Shown: in pieces, positions 57,601 to 64,000 of the stretch | How positions within the stretch are numbered: position 1 is the stretch's first letter | Layout of the letters: each line of letters opens with the position of its first letter | Translations under genes and position numbers: made by a program | Origin: a virus | Taxonomy: Duplodnaviria > Caudoviricetes | IMG/VR virus record: IMGVR_UViG_3300028833_000098 | Span: 1-64,000 of that record | DNA length: 64,000 nt | Strand: one strand, 5' to 3' | Notes under the pieces: model-generated | Seen by the model: only the letters and a program-made list of their open reading frames with translations | Databases searched by the model: none | What the model was told of the DNA's origin: nothing

Positions 57601-59792
57601 AACCAGGTCAGCTCATAGGTTACTTCGGCAAGTCTGGTCTATCGGATGATTCTGGAAGCAACGTTCTCAGATATGTTGTTACATCTGCAGGTCCTCAGGG
57701 ATCTACCGGTGACCAGGGTTATATAAACCCATTCACATATTGGCAGTTCAGAGCAATGTCAGATGACCTGATTGGTAACTCTGAAAAGGAGAAGATCTAT
57801 AATTATCTCGTTAATCATTTCGGTATGAGTGAAGCTGGTGCAGCAGGTGTTATGGGTGTACTCTCAAATGAAGGTATGCTCGAACCTGAACCATACGCAG
57901 CTCAAATGGAAGGTATTTTCGGTAACAATAAGGCTGAAATGTCCAAGAAATATTCGACACTTGAAGCAATGAATGATTATACCGTCAATACGTTATTCCC
58001 CAACTATGAAAGAAATGGTGTTGGAATAAACAAGGGAGGTTATCTTTCTGACGGTAAATATCTCCCTGGTATCGGCCTTGCACAATGGACAGGTCCTCGT
58101 GCTCGAGCATTATATGACTTTGCTAAATCAAAGGGTATGAACTGGTATGATCTCCAGGCACAGCTTGACTTTATGGAAGCTGAAAAGTCCAGCACATTTA
58201 GTTCATTGATGACAATGCTCGGCAGTAAGACGATAAGTCCTAAACAGGCTGCTGATGCATGGATGACTCAATACGAGGCTGGTGCATCAGGTACTAATCC
58301 ATATGATTCATGGTTAAGTGCAACTCAGATCACTAACCGTGAAAATGCTGCAGAAAATCTTTATCGTGAACTGTATGGTCATGTTGCAAATACTGCCGCT
58401 ACTGCAAAACCAGATGATGACGGTGTCTATAGAGGAAAGTTCATTGCATCTGCAACCAATCCTAATGCATTTTCAGGAGATGGTTATTTCTCTGCAAACG
58501 GCGGAGCAATATTGGCGGATTATGGTAAACCAACAATAACATCAGTAAATATTAACGGAAGCCCATCAGGTAACTCACCACTACATGAGTTCTTTAGTAA
58601 GACCGCCGGTGGTAAGGCAATGAGTGGTGAAGGAAACTGGTACAAACAGCGTAACTCTCCAAATAGTAAAGGTCAGGGTTCTTCTGGTGCTGACCATTAC
58701 GGTATAGATTTCTGGTGGGATTCTAACACAGAAGGTAGAGAACTTCATGCAACAACCGGTGGTGTTGTTGATCAAGTACAAGGTGGCAATGCTTATAACG
58801 GTGGCTGCGGTAATAACATTCGTTGGTTGGATGATTCAGGTTATCTACACTGGTATATGCATATGAAAGATACGCCAAAACTCAGTAGAGGTGCTAAAGT
58901 TTCTCCAGGTCAACTACTTGGATATGTTGGTAATACCGGTGATAGTAGTGGAGCTCATCTGCATTATAGTATCATCGATAATTCCAAATTTAACGGTTAT
59001 TCAAGTTCACCTGGTAATGTGAATCCGTTGTTGTACTTCGGCAATTATGATTCCGCAGGTCCACAGACAAATCCGAATAGTCGTGGTGGTTTGACATTCT
59101 TGTCTGGCGAAACAACACCTACATCTCAGGGATACATTGCGAGCGCAGTAACAAAGATGTTGGAAGCTCGTGATGCTGCAGATCCAGGTTTCGATATATG
59201 GAACGCTGCAAATTATATATCCAATACAGGTGAACCAAGGAATTTGGCATTATCTCAAATAGCATCATACTATAACAACGCAATTAGTACAGCCAATCTG
59301 GCAACAACAACTAGAAACAATCCCGGTTTTATGAGCTTATACGGTCCTAGTCGTTGGGATTTTGATAATGGTAAAACAATGTCAATGACAGATCTCAATG
59401 ATATGCTTGCAGATTATATGTCTGGAAAGAAAAGACCTTTCACAAACTTCTTGTCGGCCCTTAAATCGGCAACAGGTTCAGGTGACATTATGCCTTCTTC
59501 TGACATACCACCAATTGATATTAACAAACTCATGGAAGATTCTTCCAATAATGGTTTCAACGCGATGCAGCAATACGTTAACAAGTACGACATTAAAACT
59601 GATGACTCACACACAACGGACATGTTGGATAAATTGAGTAGTATGACGTTTAATGTCAGAGCTAAACGCGTAGAGGAACTTCTTGAAATATTGATAGCAA
59701 AGGTTGATGGTAACCGCGCTCCAGACGCACCACTTCCTGAGTTATTCGATGAAGGAATTCCCGAAGCTGTTACGAGACTCTCTATGGGTTAA
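51693..59792 (+). CDS. giant tape-measure-like tail protein with C39-like peptidase, two M23 domains and phage tail lysozyme
   Basis: Helical N-terminal half with I/L-x-P repeats; GCGPVALA..HYVNVVG..SNP; HYGIDF..YMHM..HLHY; GAAGVMGVLSNEG..GIGLAQWTG. Confidence 0.8.
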   Translation: MARNLVTQTLNILQGGVKEAGKDYFSNMISFYNDAKNVKNTLINSGTDVSDTFARLKRTNVTKAISDWFYQEESSSEMELNGNTDEFDPGFKGSDSDSPKLDGESSKPSGLTVDAMMNISNKQTNAILKVGRRQNEQSVANTAEIISTIDTRSAEMITSLNNINKTLLGISSRLDKIIELQAVPLTDQKEIDKGGLYQDGNLSLMRIFEATKQNVLTTGPMSLLTTGIDMLRSGALTPTALAGIGIKGLAGKIKVNGKSFDDWGNAFNELIGTATQTAMNEMINSNFFQKYIGKITGFEGNKDYGTIVPNHYDNKRAVFDGMTRQSIVNVIPEMLAKINESLSGQSYSLDSRGKWVAGPAKNEFNEVTRASFGSSGLKDNTINSISNAGVQSIGKKIPTADIEKAAKALTMTIVMDQHAKGDRAFTISQLKGDLTNQVIQACEVLSMTGGDPKYWAKVCNSIIIQLSSGMMDAAGFVRNVNDSVQRMINEATQFAQSGKQNASQATTLSFNMAANQFLEQYAPKAETAKIAESHNKGTLIDGKNIRVDESNKVGKFSVNQYIGGIFYLLNRGINVRIDKDGSKYDGINLADVKPDSVPYVSDDTFGKMVKGMLAGNKNAVSDAVKEEMGVAKKEKGFISKILDNPAMLFNSLTNMFTGGSVNFQGLKDKAKSILGEERYNAIADKLSGVKDRITHDDRYIAAKLAAEETVEKLKNKGNELYDKFGHTRIGNNMMYAKDSLKLKAAEDTINHMKIDDEMDQEAVSIAKYYTSRGMLDEAASAVSGIKNENVKTAFLNFVSIQKKRLLGQQALAEGETPDIGSILIEKDIKEGKDGKPGTTNSLLFKILGIVGKIGKFVGNMATRGITNIFYGLKSMGQALFGYEDFDPVKGIKYKNKGIFRNLTTELVAAQWRTAKHIVNGISNRVFGEGDAEFVDGKLVNTKKKTLHERYNDKIDKLARTKNIVDENGFVIDSEESWLNKTAIGSYSREAKFVDGKFQGYELRKDTAMTYADTLKHPIEAVSKALGNFKQNLDFVGEKAVEGVKTAITEVSGFLKNLKTNIGKAWTGFKNTKVGNALTNNKITRGFFSGWNQAKQARLEKQQKKKKEEDRYEHPLQAEIVDSISPTEGQATGHKKKSIFHEIYEKLFGSKNDSVVSLLKKQVDFQEEEASENKNNTTDDESGKKKGIIERGKDFIASAKAKVTSMFSSEKDISPADGAVSGGGMLSHIGNTLGSMAKMFGGFLQMFAGVAELIGSIVMSLEGFQALRDLVKSILVDGLKPLNEVFYTIIDLIKPVTKVLTKIVKVIAETISTIANAIIDTISPIIEALEPIFDSLFKILSPILKVVTVILDVVLMPIKMILEVCQPLFEGIAYRVQAISGILEMGVGFLMSGLGKIITGIGFVADLLGKFLPGDDKEVDVTLGEVGLNIMNGADEMMDQGKQDFLEGIEGAWGKLLEFFTGTPYEGKSKEVISEAYGVPAKLGNDFGAGDVYTTNNYYGSGNPMDQHSYGNFMNMSNRGCGPVALADAYGRRSGNQVNPALLTGVMGASGTYDPSRGTSVSSMMAMGNAMGMGMRAGGVTAASLQQASPTNPITILGSGAGFGTRKGSNHYVNVVGSDKNGGTYVSNPLTGRIERHSTGNIVNNSKLGLYGSGDDSDLSEYGFSQDAQDSLNRLKEITNKLTGMFLGDDDSTTRAKNKKAVEHMKNTLKKEDYDAVETQVVAELKNRYPKYEDETDDEYEKRIRLKLVTPEGTKLLVSFGSDKMKNTVEGRIASQNEGINSMMEADKASREALSAAYDSFKSQLASSGVESVTGAEMAMFEPIIHLTPELTKQEANGRYISSPVHDFFNATSVEGKVGANRSGGAKGTVYSAGRGGWFGNYGGPQNDEGVGSTGKVHEGVLLHYLNDAGDGNAVARAITGGTVTYVTKDKEGAGNGLGNAVKWRDSGGMYHWYMHMASIDKDVQEGTNIEPGQLIGYFGKSGLSDDSGSNVLRYVVTSAGPQGSTGDQGYINPFTYWQFRAMSDDLIGNSEKEKIYNYLVNHFGMSEAGAAGVMGVLSNEGMLEPEPYAAQMEGIFGNNKAEMSKKYSTLEAMNDYTVNTLFPNYERNGVGINKGGYLSDGKYLPGIGLAQWTGPRARALYDFAKSKGMNWYDLQAQLDFMEAEKSSTFSSLMTMLGSKTISPKQAADAWMTQYEAGASGTNPYDSWLSATQITNRENAAENLYRELYGHVANTAATAKPDDDGVYRGKFIASATNPNAFSGDGYFSANGGAILADYGKPTITSVNINGSPSGNSPLHEFFSKTAGGKAMSGEGNWYKQRNSPNSKGQGSSGADHYGIDFWWDSNTEGRELHATTGGVVDQVQGGNAYNGGCGNNIRWLDDSGYLHWYMHMKDTPKLSRGAKVSPGQLLGYVGNTGDSSGAHLHYSIIDNSKFNGYSSSPGNVNPLLYFGNYDSAGPQTNPNSRGGLTFLSGETTPTSQGYIASAVTKMLEARDAADPGFDIWNAANYISNTGEPRNLALSQIASYYNNAISTANLATTTRNNPGFMSLYGPSRWDFDNGKTMSMTDLNDMLADYMSGKKRPFTNFLSALKSATGSGDIMPSSDIPPIDINKLMEDSSNNGFNAMQQYVNKYDIKTDDSHTTDMLDKLSSMTFNVRAKRVEELLEILIAKVDGNRAPDAPLPELFDEGIPEAVTRLSMG

Positions 59793-59799
59793 TATAAAA

Positions 59800-59831
59800 A
59801 AATATTGCCGGGGATTACCCCGGCAATATTT
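59800..59831. terminator. bidirectional terminator
   Basis: AAATATTGCCGGG-ATTA..CCGGCAATATTT between convergent genes. Confidence 0.8.
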
Positions 59832-59858
59832 CTATTTTACATTGTCCCGGCATTTAAT

Positions 59859-60059
59859 TTAGTAAAAGTTCCACCCATTGTTTCGGGCCACATTTACTAT
59901 CTCTTGGGCCTCTTCAAGGGTGAAGTATTTTTCCCAACCATACATTTCAGCGATCCAATCGCTTACGACCTGTTCGGGGACCTCGCGGAACTCCTCCCAT
60001 TCGTAAGCGCTCTGGATCATCCTTGCTACCTCGGGGATACTATACAACTTTTCTGACAT
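59859..60059 (-). CDS. small hypothetical early protein
   Basis: RBS AAGGAGG. Confidence 0.7.
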   Translation of the reverse strand: MSEKLYSIPEVARMIQSAYEWEEFREVPEQVVSDWIAEMYGWEKYFTLEEAQEIVNVARNNGWNFY

Positions 60060-60068
60060 AATTCCTCC

Positions 60069-60332
60069 TTACCAAGTTCCGTTGACATTTAATCCTATTT
60101 CTGCGGTGTGCTGTGCTGCTATCTCTTCTCGCCAGAACAATGCATCATCTACTAGGTATTTGTACATGTAGGTTTGTGTATAGTGAATCTCATAACATAC
60201 GTCTGGTTCATTCTTAAATATATACCTTATTCTGTCTTTCAATGTGTCAGCCTTCAGCACGTCTTCGGTTCTTCTGATTTTTGATAACTTTTTGTCATAA
60301 AATTCCTGTGGTTTCATATTCACTGTTCTCAT
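60069..60332 (-). CDS. small hypothetical early protein
   Basis: RBS AAAGGAG before the ATG at 60332; first gene after promoter cassette 4. Confidence 0.7.
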   Translation of the reverse strand: MRTVNMKPQEFYDKKLSKIRRTEDVLKADTLKDRIRYIFKNEPDVCYEIHYTQTYMYKYLVDDALFWREEIAAQHTAEIGLNVNGTW

Positions 60333-60347
60333 AATTTTCTCCTTTCT

Positions 60348-60440
60348 CTCCATTAAGGAGTTTCGTAAATGGTTTATTTTCTTATCATAGTAATAATATA
60401 TATGTAGAACTTTAGAATCCTGAAGGGTAGCATAGAAAAA
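60348..60440 (-). promoter_or_regulatory. repeated promoter/stem-loop cassette, copy 4
   Basis: Minus strand TTTTCTATGCTACC..TAAAGTTCTACATATATATTATTACTATGATAAGAAAATAAACCATTTA, then CTCC-TTAAT-GGAG. Confidence 0.8.
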
Positions 60441-60448
60441 AAATAACT

Positions 60449-60485
60449 TATGCATACAGGTGGGGCCAAGCCCCACCCATACACA
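60449..60485 (-). terminator. long terminator hairpin after the HU-like gene
   Basis: Minus strand TGTGTATGGGTGGGGC-TTG-GCCCCACCTGTATGCATA..TTTTTTT. Confidence 0.75.
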
Positions 60486-60542
60486 CAAAATGGAGATAAA
60501 ACTATGGGACCCAACGCACAAAGGTCCTAAGTCGTTAGAGGA

Positions 60543-60968
60543 TTACTTCTTGAAAGCGTCTCTCTTGATCTTGAGCTTGGGCTCTTCATGAGCCTTAGTT
60601 GTCGACTTGTACTCCTTACCCTTATTGGGTCCATCGATTGTAATGATGCCCTTTGAAACCTTCTCAGGTACCTTAACAACCTTGAGAGTTGCAGGAGCTG
60701 TCTTATCGTCAGCTGCAGGAATGTCGAAAGCTCTCTGTTCATCATGCATAAAGCCGGATACGAACTCGGGGATCTGAGTTACGGTGTTTGTGATATCGGG
60801 AGTCATCTCATCAAGAATACCGATCTCATCCTTTGACGGATATCCTGCCTTTGCATAGAACTTCTTTGCATCCTGAACGAATGCATGCTGAAGATTTGCA
60901 GCAGGTGTTGCTGTGCTGTTGCCATAGTTAGCAAAAGCTGCGAATGAAAAGCCTTTAGTAGTTGCCAT
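60543..60968 (-). CDS. HU/TF1-like DNA-binding protein
   Basis: TLKVVKVPEKVSKG..GPNKGKEYKSTTKAHEEPKLK resembles the HU beta-arm; highly biased codons. Confidence 0.6.
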   Translation of the reverse strand: MATTKGFSFAAFANYGNSTATPAANLQHAFVQDAKKFYAKAGYPSKDEIGILDEMTPDITNTVTQIPEFVSGFMHDEQRAFDIPAADDKTAPATLKVVKVPEKVSKGIITIDGPNKGKEYKSTTKAHEEPKLKIKRDAFKK

Positions 60969-61062
60969 TTTAATTTCCTCCTTGGATTTTAATTGTATTT
61001 ATTTCAAGAGATTATATCTCTTGCTACCGATGAAACTATATGTGTTTTTAAAATTAAAAATT

Positions 61063-61254
61063 TTATCCACCAATCAGTCCATCTATTACACCGACAAGTC
61101 CACTGACTTGCTCTTCTGTTAAAGGCTGACGTGTGGTTATATCTATACATGTGAAACCTTTACCAAGAAGATTCAATACCTCTGATGGTGTGGCAGTTGG
61201 TAGTTCACCTACCTTTTTACCACATGCATCAAGTATTACTATAGAATATGTCAT
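61063..61254 (-). CDS. small hypothetical protein
   Basis: RBS AAAGGAG before the ATG at 61254. Confidence 0.6.
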   Translation of the reverse strand: MTYSIVILDACGKKVGELPTATPSEVLNLLGKGFTCIDITTRQPLTEEQVSGLVGVIDGLIGG

Positions 61255-61307
61255 GGTAACAATTTCTCCTTTCGTTGTACTCACATTTCTTTTATTTTGT
61301 TCTCTTT

Positions 61308-61721
61308 TTATTTATATATATCTATGATGGTTTTAATCCATCCATAAGTTATGTCCAAAGGTAACTCAAACGGTATATCACAATCAAGTGACATGATAAT
61401 GTTATTATATGACATTTTGTTCTTGTTACAAACGATGTCATCTATGTATGCTGATAATGTTTCCAAAATGTTATCATCACACGATAGTTTATTATATGTT
61501 ACACAACATGGGTTTGGTTCATATAATATTTTTATCTCATATAGTTCTTCCGTATGAAATATATTTACATATTCATTGTATATTCTATTTGACATATCAA
61601 TGTACAGTTCGTCAATATGTTTTATTATTACATCTTCATCAAAAATGGCTTTTCTGTACATTATATGAAATTGTATGAGTGTGTTTATTATTAGTGGTAA
61701 AGCTTCTTTTATATTTATCAT
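61308..61721 (-). CDS. hypothetical protein
   Basis: RBS AAAGGAGG before the ATG at 61721; the longer track start spans a terminator. Confidence 0.55.
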   Translation of the reverse strand: MINIKEALPLIINTLIQFHIMYRKAIFDEDVIIKHIDELYIDMSNRIYNEYVNIFHTEELYEIKILYEPNPCCVTYNKLSCDDNILETLSAYIDDIVCNKNKMSYNNIIMSLDCDIPFELPLDITYGWIKTIIDIYK

Positions 61722-61776
61722 ATCAGCATACACCTCCTTTCCGGAGAATAATATATTTTTGTTAATTATAATTAAA

Positions 61777-61806
61777 TGTATATGCCGGGATATCCCGGCA
61801 TATACA
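61777..61806 (-). terminator. hairpin/terminator
   Basis: TGTATATGCCGGG-ATAT-CCCGGCATATACA. Confidence 0.75.
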
Positions 61807-61819
61807 AAATAATTATTCA

Positions 61820-62869
61820 TTAGAAATCGAGATCATCACGTTTATTATCGGATGTATCTACTGTTGATGAACTATCAGGAAGATCCTTATCGCCACTATT
61901 TGTAGTGCCGTTATTACCACCTGACTTTGAGGAAGTGTTGGATGTGGATTTTTCATCATCTTCATCATCCTCAGATCCTTTATTTGCGCGTGTATCATAG
62001 TGATCGATCTTGGCTTTAAGATTTTTCATCTTAATATTGTACTTATCGATCATCTTTGTGTATCTATGTTCGATACGTTTCTTGCGCTGGGTTGCGGGAA
62101 TCTTCTTATATTCATCATAAGCTTTCTTTGCAGCTTCATACTCCTTGGAGATCTTCTCATATTGTTCGATCTTCTTATCATATGATCTGGAAAGGCATGC
62201 TGATATAAGTGATATAGGATTCAGCGAAGCAGCTGTTCTGAACACACCATTCAAAATACCGAATACACCTTCGATTACACCGACAACTGTATCTGCTGCT
62301 GCAGTAACAATACCAACTGATGCAGCTTCCTGAGTAATTGCATCGCCTTTTGGAGTAATGGGTTTATTCTTCTTAACAGCAGCTGCTGCCTTCTCATACA
62401 TCTTCAATACTTTCTGATCATAATCTTTTCCGTTTTTAGTTATGAACTCGAAACGAACCTTGTCATCATCAGAAAGATTGGTTGGTTCCTCATATACGAG
62501 ACCATTTTCTGTTGCCTTTGTGTAAGTGAAGATTGTCATCATTACTGATATCATGATGCGTATTCCGTTTGTAAAACATACCGCATATGCAGTATTCTTG
62601 TCATTCGGTTTAGCCATGTATTCACCTATCATTTTCTTCCATATAGGTTTATGCAATGATGCGAACATATCCTTTACACCGGTGATAACTTTTGTTGGTG
62701 CATTTTTAACACCATCACCAAGAGTCTTGACATCTTTTGATATAATATCATAACAAGGATGTTTGGTGATATCACCTTTCATCTTGTATTCATCACCGCT
62801 CTTGTTTTTGTATGTTCTTTTAACATTCTTCAATGTTATCTCAGTATACTTTTTGAACTTTTCATACAT
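61820..62869 (-). CDS. putative virion protein
   Basis: Internal ITQEAA site followed by a hydrophobic segment and coiled coil. Confidence 0.55.
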   Translation of the reverse strand: MYEKFKKYTEITLKNVKRTYKNKSGDEYKMKGDITKHPCYDIISKDVKTLGDGVKNAPTKVITGVKDMFASLHKPIWKKMIGEYMAKPNDKNTAYAVCFTNGIRIMISVMMTIFTYTKATENGLVYEEPTNLSDDDKVRFEFITKNGKDYDQKVLKMYEKAAAAVKKNKPITPKGDAITQEAASVGIVTAAADTVVGVIEGVFGILNGVFRTAASLNPISLISACLSRSYDKKIEQYEKISKEYEAAKKAYDEYKKIPATQRKKRIEHRYTKMIDKYNIKMKNLKAKIDHYDTRANKGSEDDEDDEKSTSNTSSKSGGNNGTTNSGDKDLPDSSSTVDTSDNKRDDLDF

Positions 62870-62890
62870 GATATTCTTACCCTCCCTTCA

Positions 62891-64000
62891 TCAAGCACCA
62901 AGCATCTTGAATACATCACGAGTCTTGGTACCAACAGTATCAAGTGTTGCAAGCTGTTTGTTTACAGCCGCAAGTGAATGTACATCATAGTCGCTATTCA
63001 TATCAGGAAGGAGAATCTTAATGGATTCACGATCTGTATCAATGATAATGAGTGACATGAGGAACAGTTCACCACAGAACTTCTTTGCTGCAGAAGGTTT
63101 GAGCAGATCAATATCTGTCTGAGCCTTGATGTTATCAACGTCAGTCTGTGTCATTATGATAGAAGCATTAGGGATCATACCATTCTGGAGATCACCTTTA
63201 CCCTGCTTATCCTTAATAAATACTTTGAATAGTGATTTTCCCTGAACAACAGCAGCAGCAGGAGCATCACCCTTCATATGCGCAAGTTCATATAGACGAC
63301 GATACCACTTTCTATTGGGATCACGTGAATCAGCAGCAGTCTGTTTCTTTTCCTTTATACGGAATACGAGATCCTTCAAGAACTTCAGTTCTCCTGCACG
63401 CCATTTAACCTTTCTGGAAATCTTATCCATTTCCTTAAGAGGATACTTGGCAACTTCAGGAAGAATTGAAGACTGTACCATACGAGTATGACACTTAACT
63501 CCGACAACATACTCGATAGGCTGGAGGGAATCATCCTTATTGAGCATATTGAGAGTTACCTTCATCAACAAGGGTTTCATAGTGTTCATCTTTTCACACA
63601 GCTTATCATTTACATATGATATGTTAGTGGTCTTAACACTCTGAAGAGCCTTTGTCTTTTCAAGAGAAAGATTGTCAGCCTTCCACTGGTCAACCTTTGT
63701 CTTTGCTTTAGCCTGTTTGATTCTATCGCCGGTTGTTGCGATGGTTTGGATTGAATTCGCAATATCACCAGGTGCCTTTGCAAGGTTATCGATTCCACTA
63801 GCTATTTGGTTGAATGCCTGTGAACGAGCTACGGGATGAGCCATATCGATTGTTCTTGCATCATGTGCCGATGGTCCTTCCAATCCATGATCAGTTGTAT
63901 AATTCATATATGTCATGAATGCATTTTCAGGACCATTTCCGACATCAACCTGATGACCGTTCAACATATTGAACAGCTGCTGACGTGTACCATATTGGAT
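62891..64000 (-). CDS. putative conserved virion structural protein (5' end outside the window)
   Basis: Frame stays open upstream of 63967 (IQYGTRQQLFN) to the window edge. Confidence 0.6.
   Translation of the reverse strand: MQYGTRQQLFNMLNGHQVDVGNGPENAFMTYMNYTTDHGLEGPSAHDARTIDMAHPVARSQAFNQIASGIDNLAKAPGDIANSIQTIATTGDRIKQAKAKTKVDQWKADNLSLEKTKALQSVKTTNISYVNDKLCEKMNTMKPLLMKVTLNMLNKDDSLQPIEYVVGVKCHTRMVQSSILPEVAKYPLKEMDKISRKVKWRAGELKFLKDLVFRIKEKKQTAADSRDPNRKWYRRLYELAHMKGDAPAAAVVQGKSLFKVFIKDKQGKGDLQNGMIPNASIIMTQTDVDNIKAQTDIDLLKPSAAKKFCGELFLMSLIIIDTDRESIKILLPDMNSDYDVHSLAAVNKQLATLDTVGTKTRDVFKMLGA

Noticed and set aside
8315-60440. Repeated 25-30 bp sequence as a possible CRISPR repeat or att site
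   Set aside because: Copies are dispersed kilobases apart, have no spacers and always lie upstream of genes, so they are promoter-like.
60333-60521. N-terminal extension of ORF 60069-60521
   Set aside because: It runs through a terminator and the promoter cassette; the true start is 60332.
1-64000. Stop-codon reassignment (as in some gut jumbo phages)
   Set aside because: Core genes are full length and densely packed under the standard code.
1-64000. tRNA genes, group I/II introns, reverse transcriptase/DGR
   Set aside because: No cloverleaf/T-loop signature, interrupted core gene or RT motif was seen by eye; tRNAscan or Infernal would be needed to exclude them fully.

Overview
64 kb segment of an AT-rich jumbo bacteriophage of the phiKZ/AR9(PBS1)-like type. 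It encodes split multisubunit RNA polymerase pieces (a beta' C-terminal part and a beta C-terminal part), a split family-B DNA polymerase half, a GyrA/ParC-type topoisomerase subunit, an SF2 helicase with a class 3 intein, a prohead protease, a major capsid protein, a gp25-like baseplate protein, a 2,700-aa tail/lysin protein, a holin, an amidase and an HU-like protein. Strong AGGAGG RBSs, the holin/amidase types and Thr-rich linkers suggest a Clostridia (Ruminococcus-like) host; this is inference. No tRNA, rRNA or CRISPR array was seen, and the standard genetic code reads through cleanly. Most notable: (i) a putative capsid 'address tag + cargo' system, in which at least 7 otherwise divergent proteins share a ~50-60 aa N-terminal propeptide ending in a [FIVY]-[QMV]-E|[ASG] prohead-protease-like site; this system appears to include two membrane M48/HtpX-like metalloproteases (one with the tag, one with a longer site-rich leader) and a 1,236-aa apparent polyprotein; (ii) four dispersed ~75-95 bp promoter cassettes (three with a stem-loop before the RBS) driving accessory islands; (iii) a ~230-nt highly structured RNA (GNRA hairpin, loop-E motif, two UCCUC motifs) behind one of these promoters. 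All homology calls come from motif recognition by eye, not from database searches.
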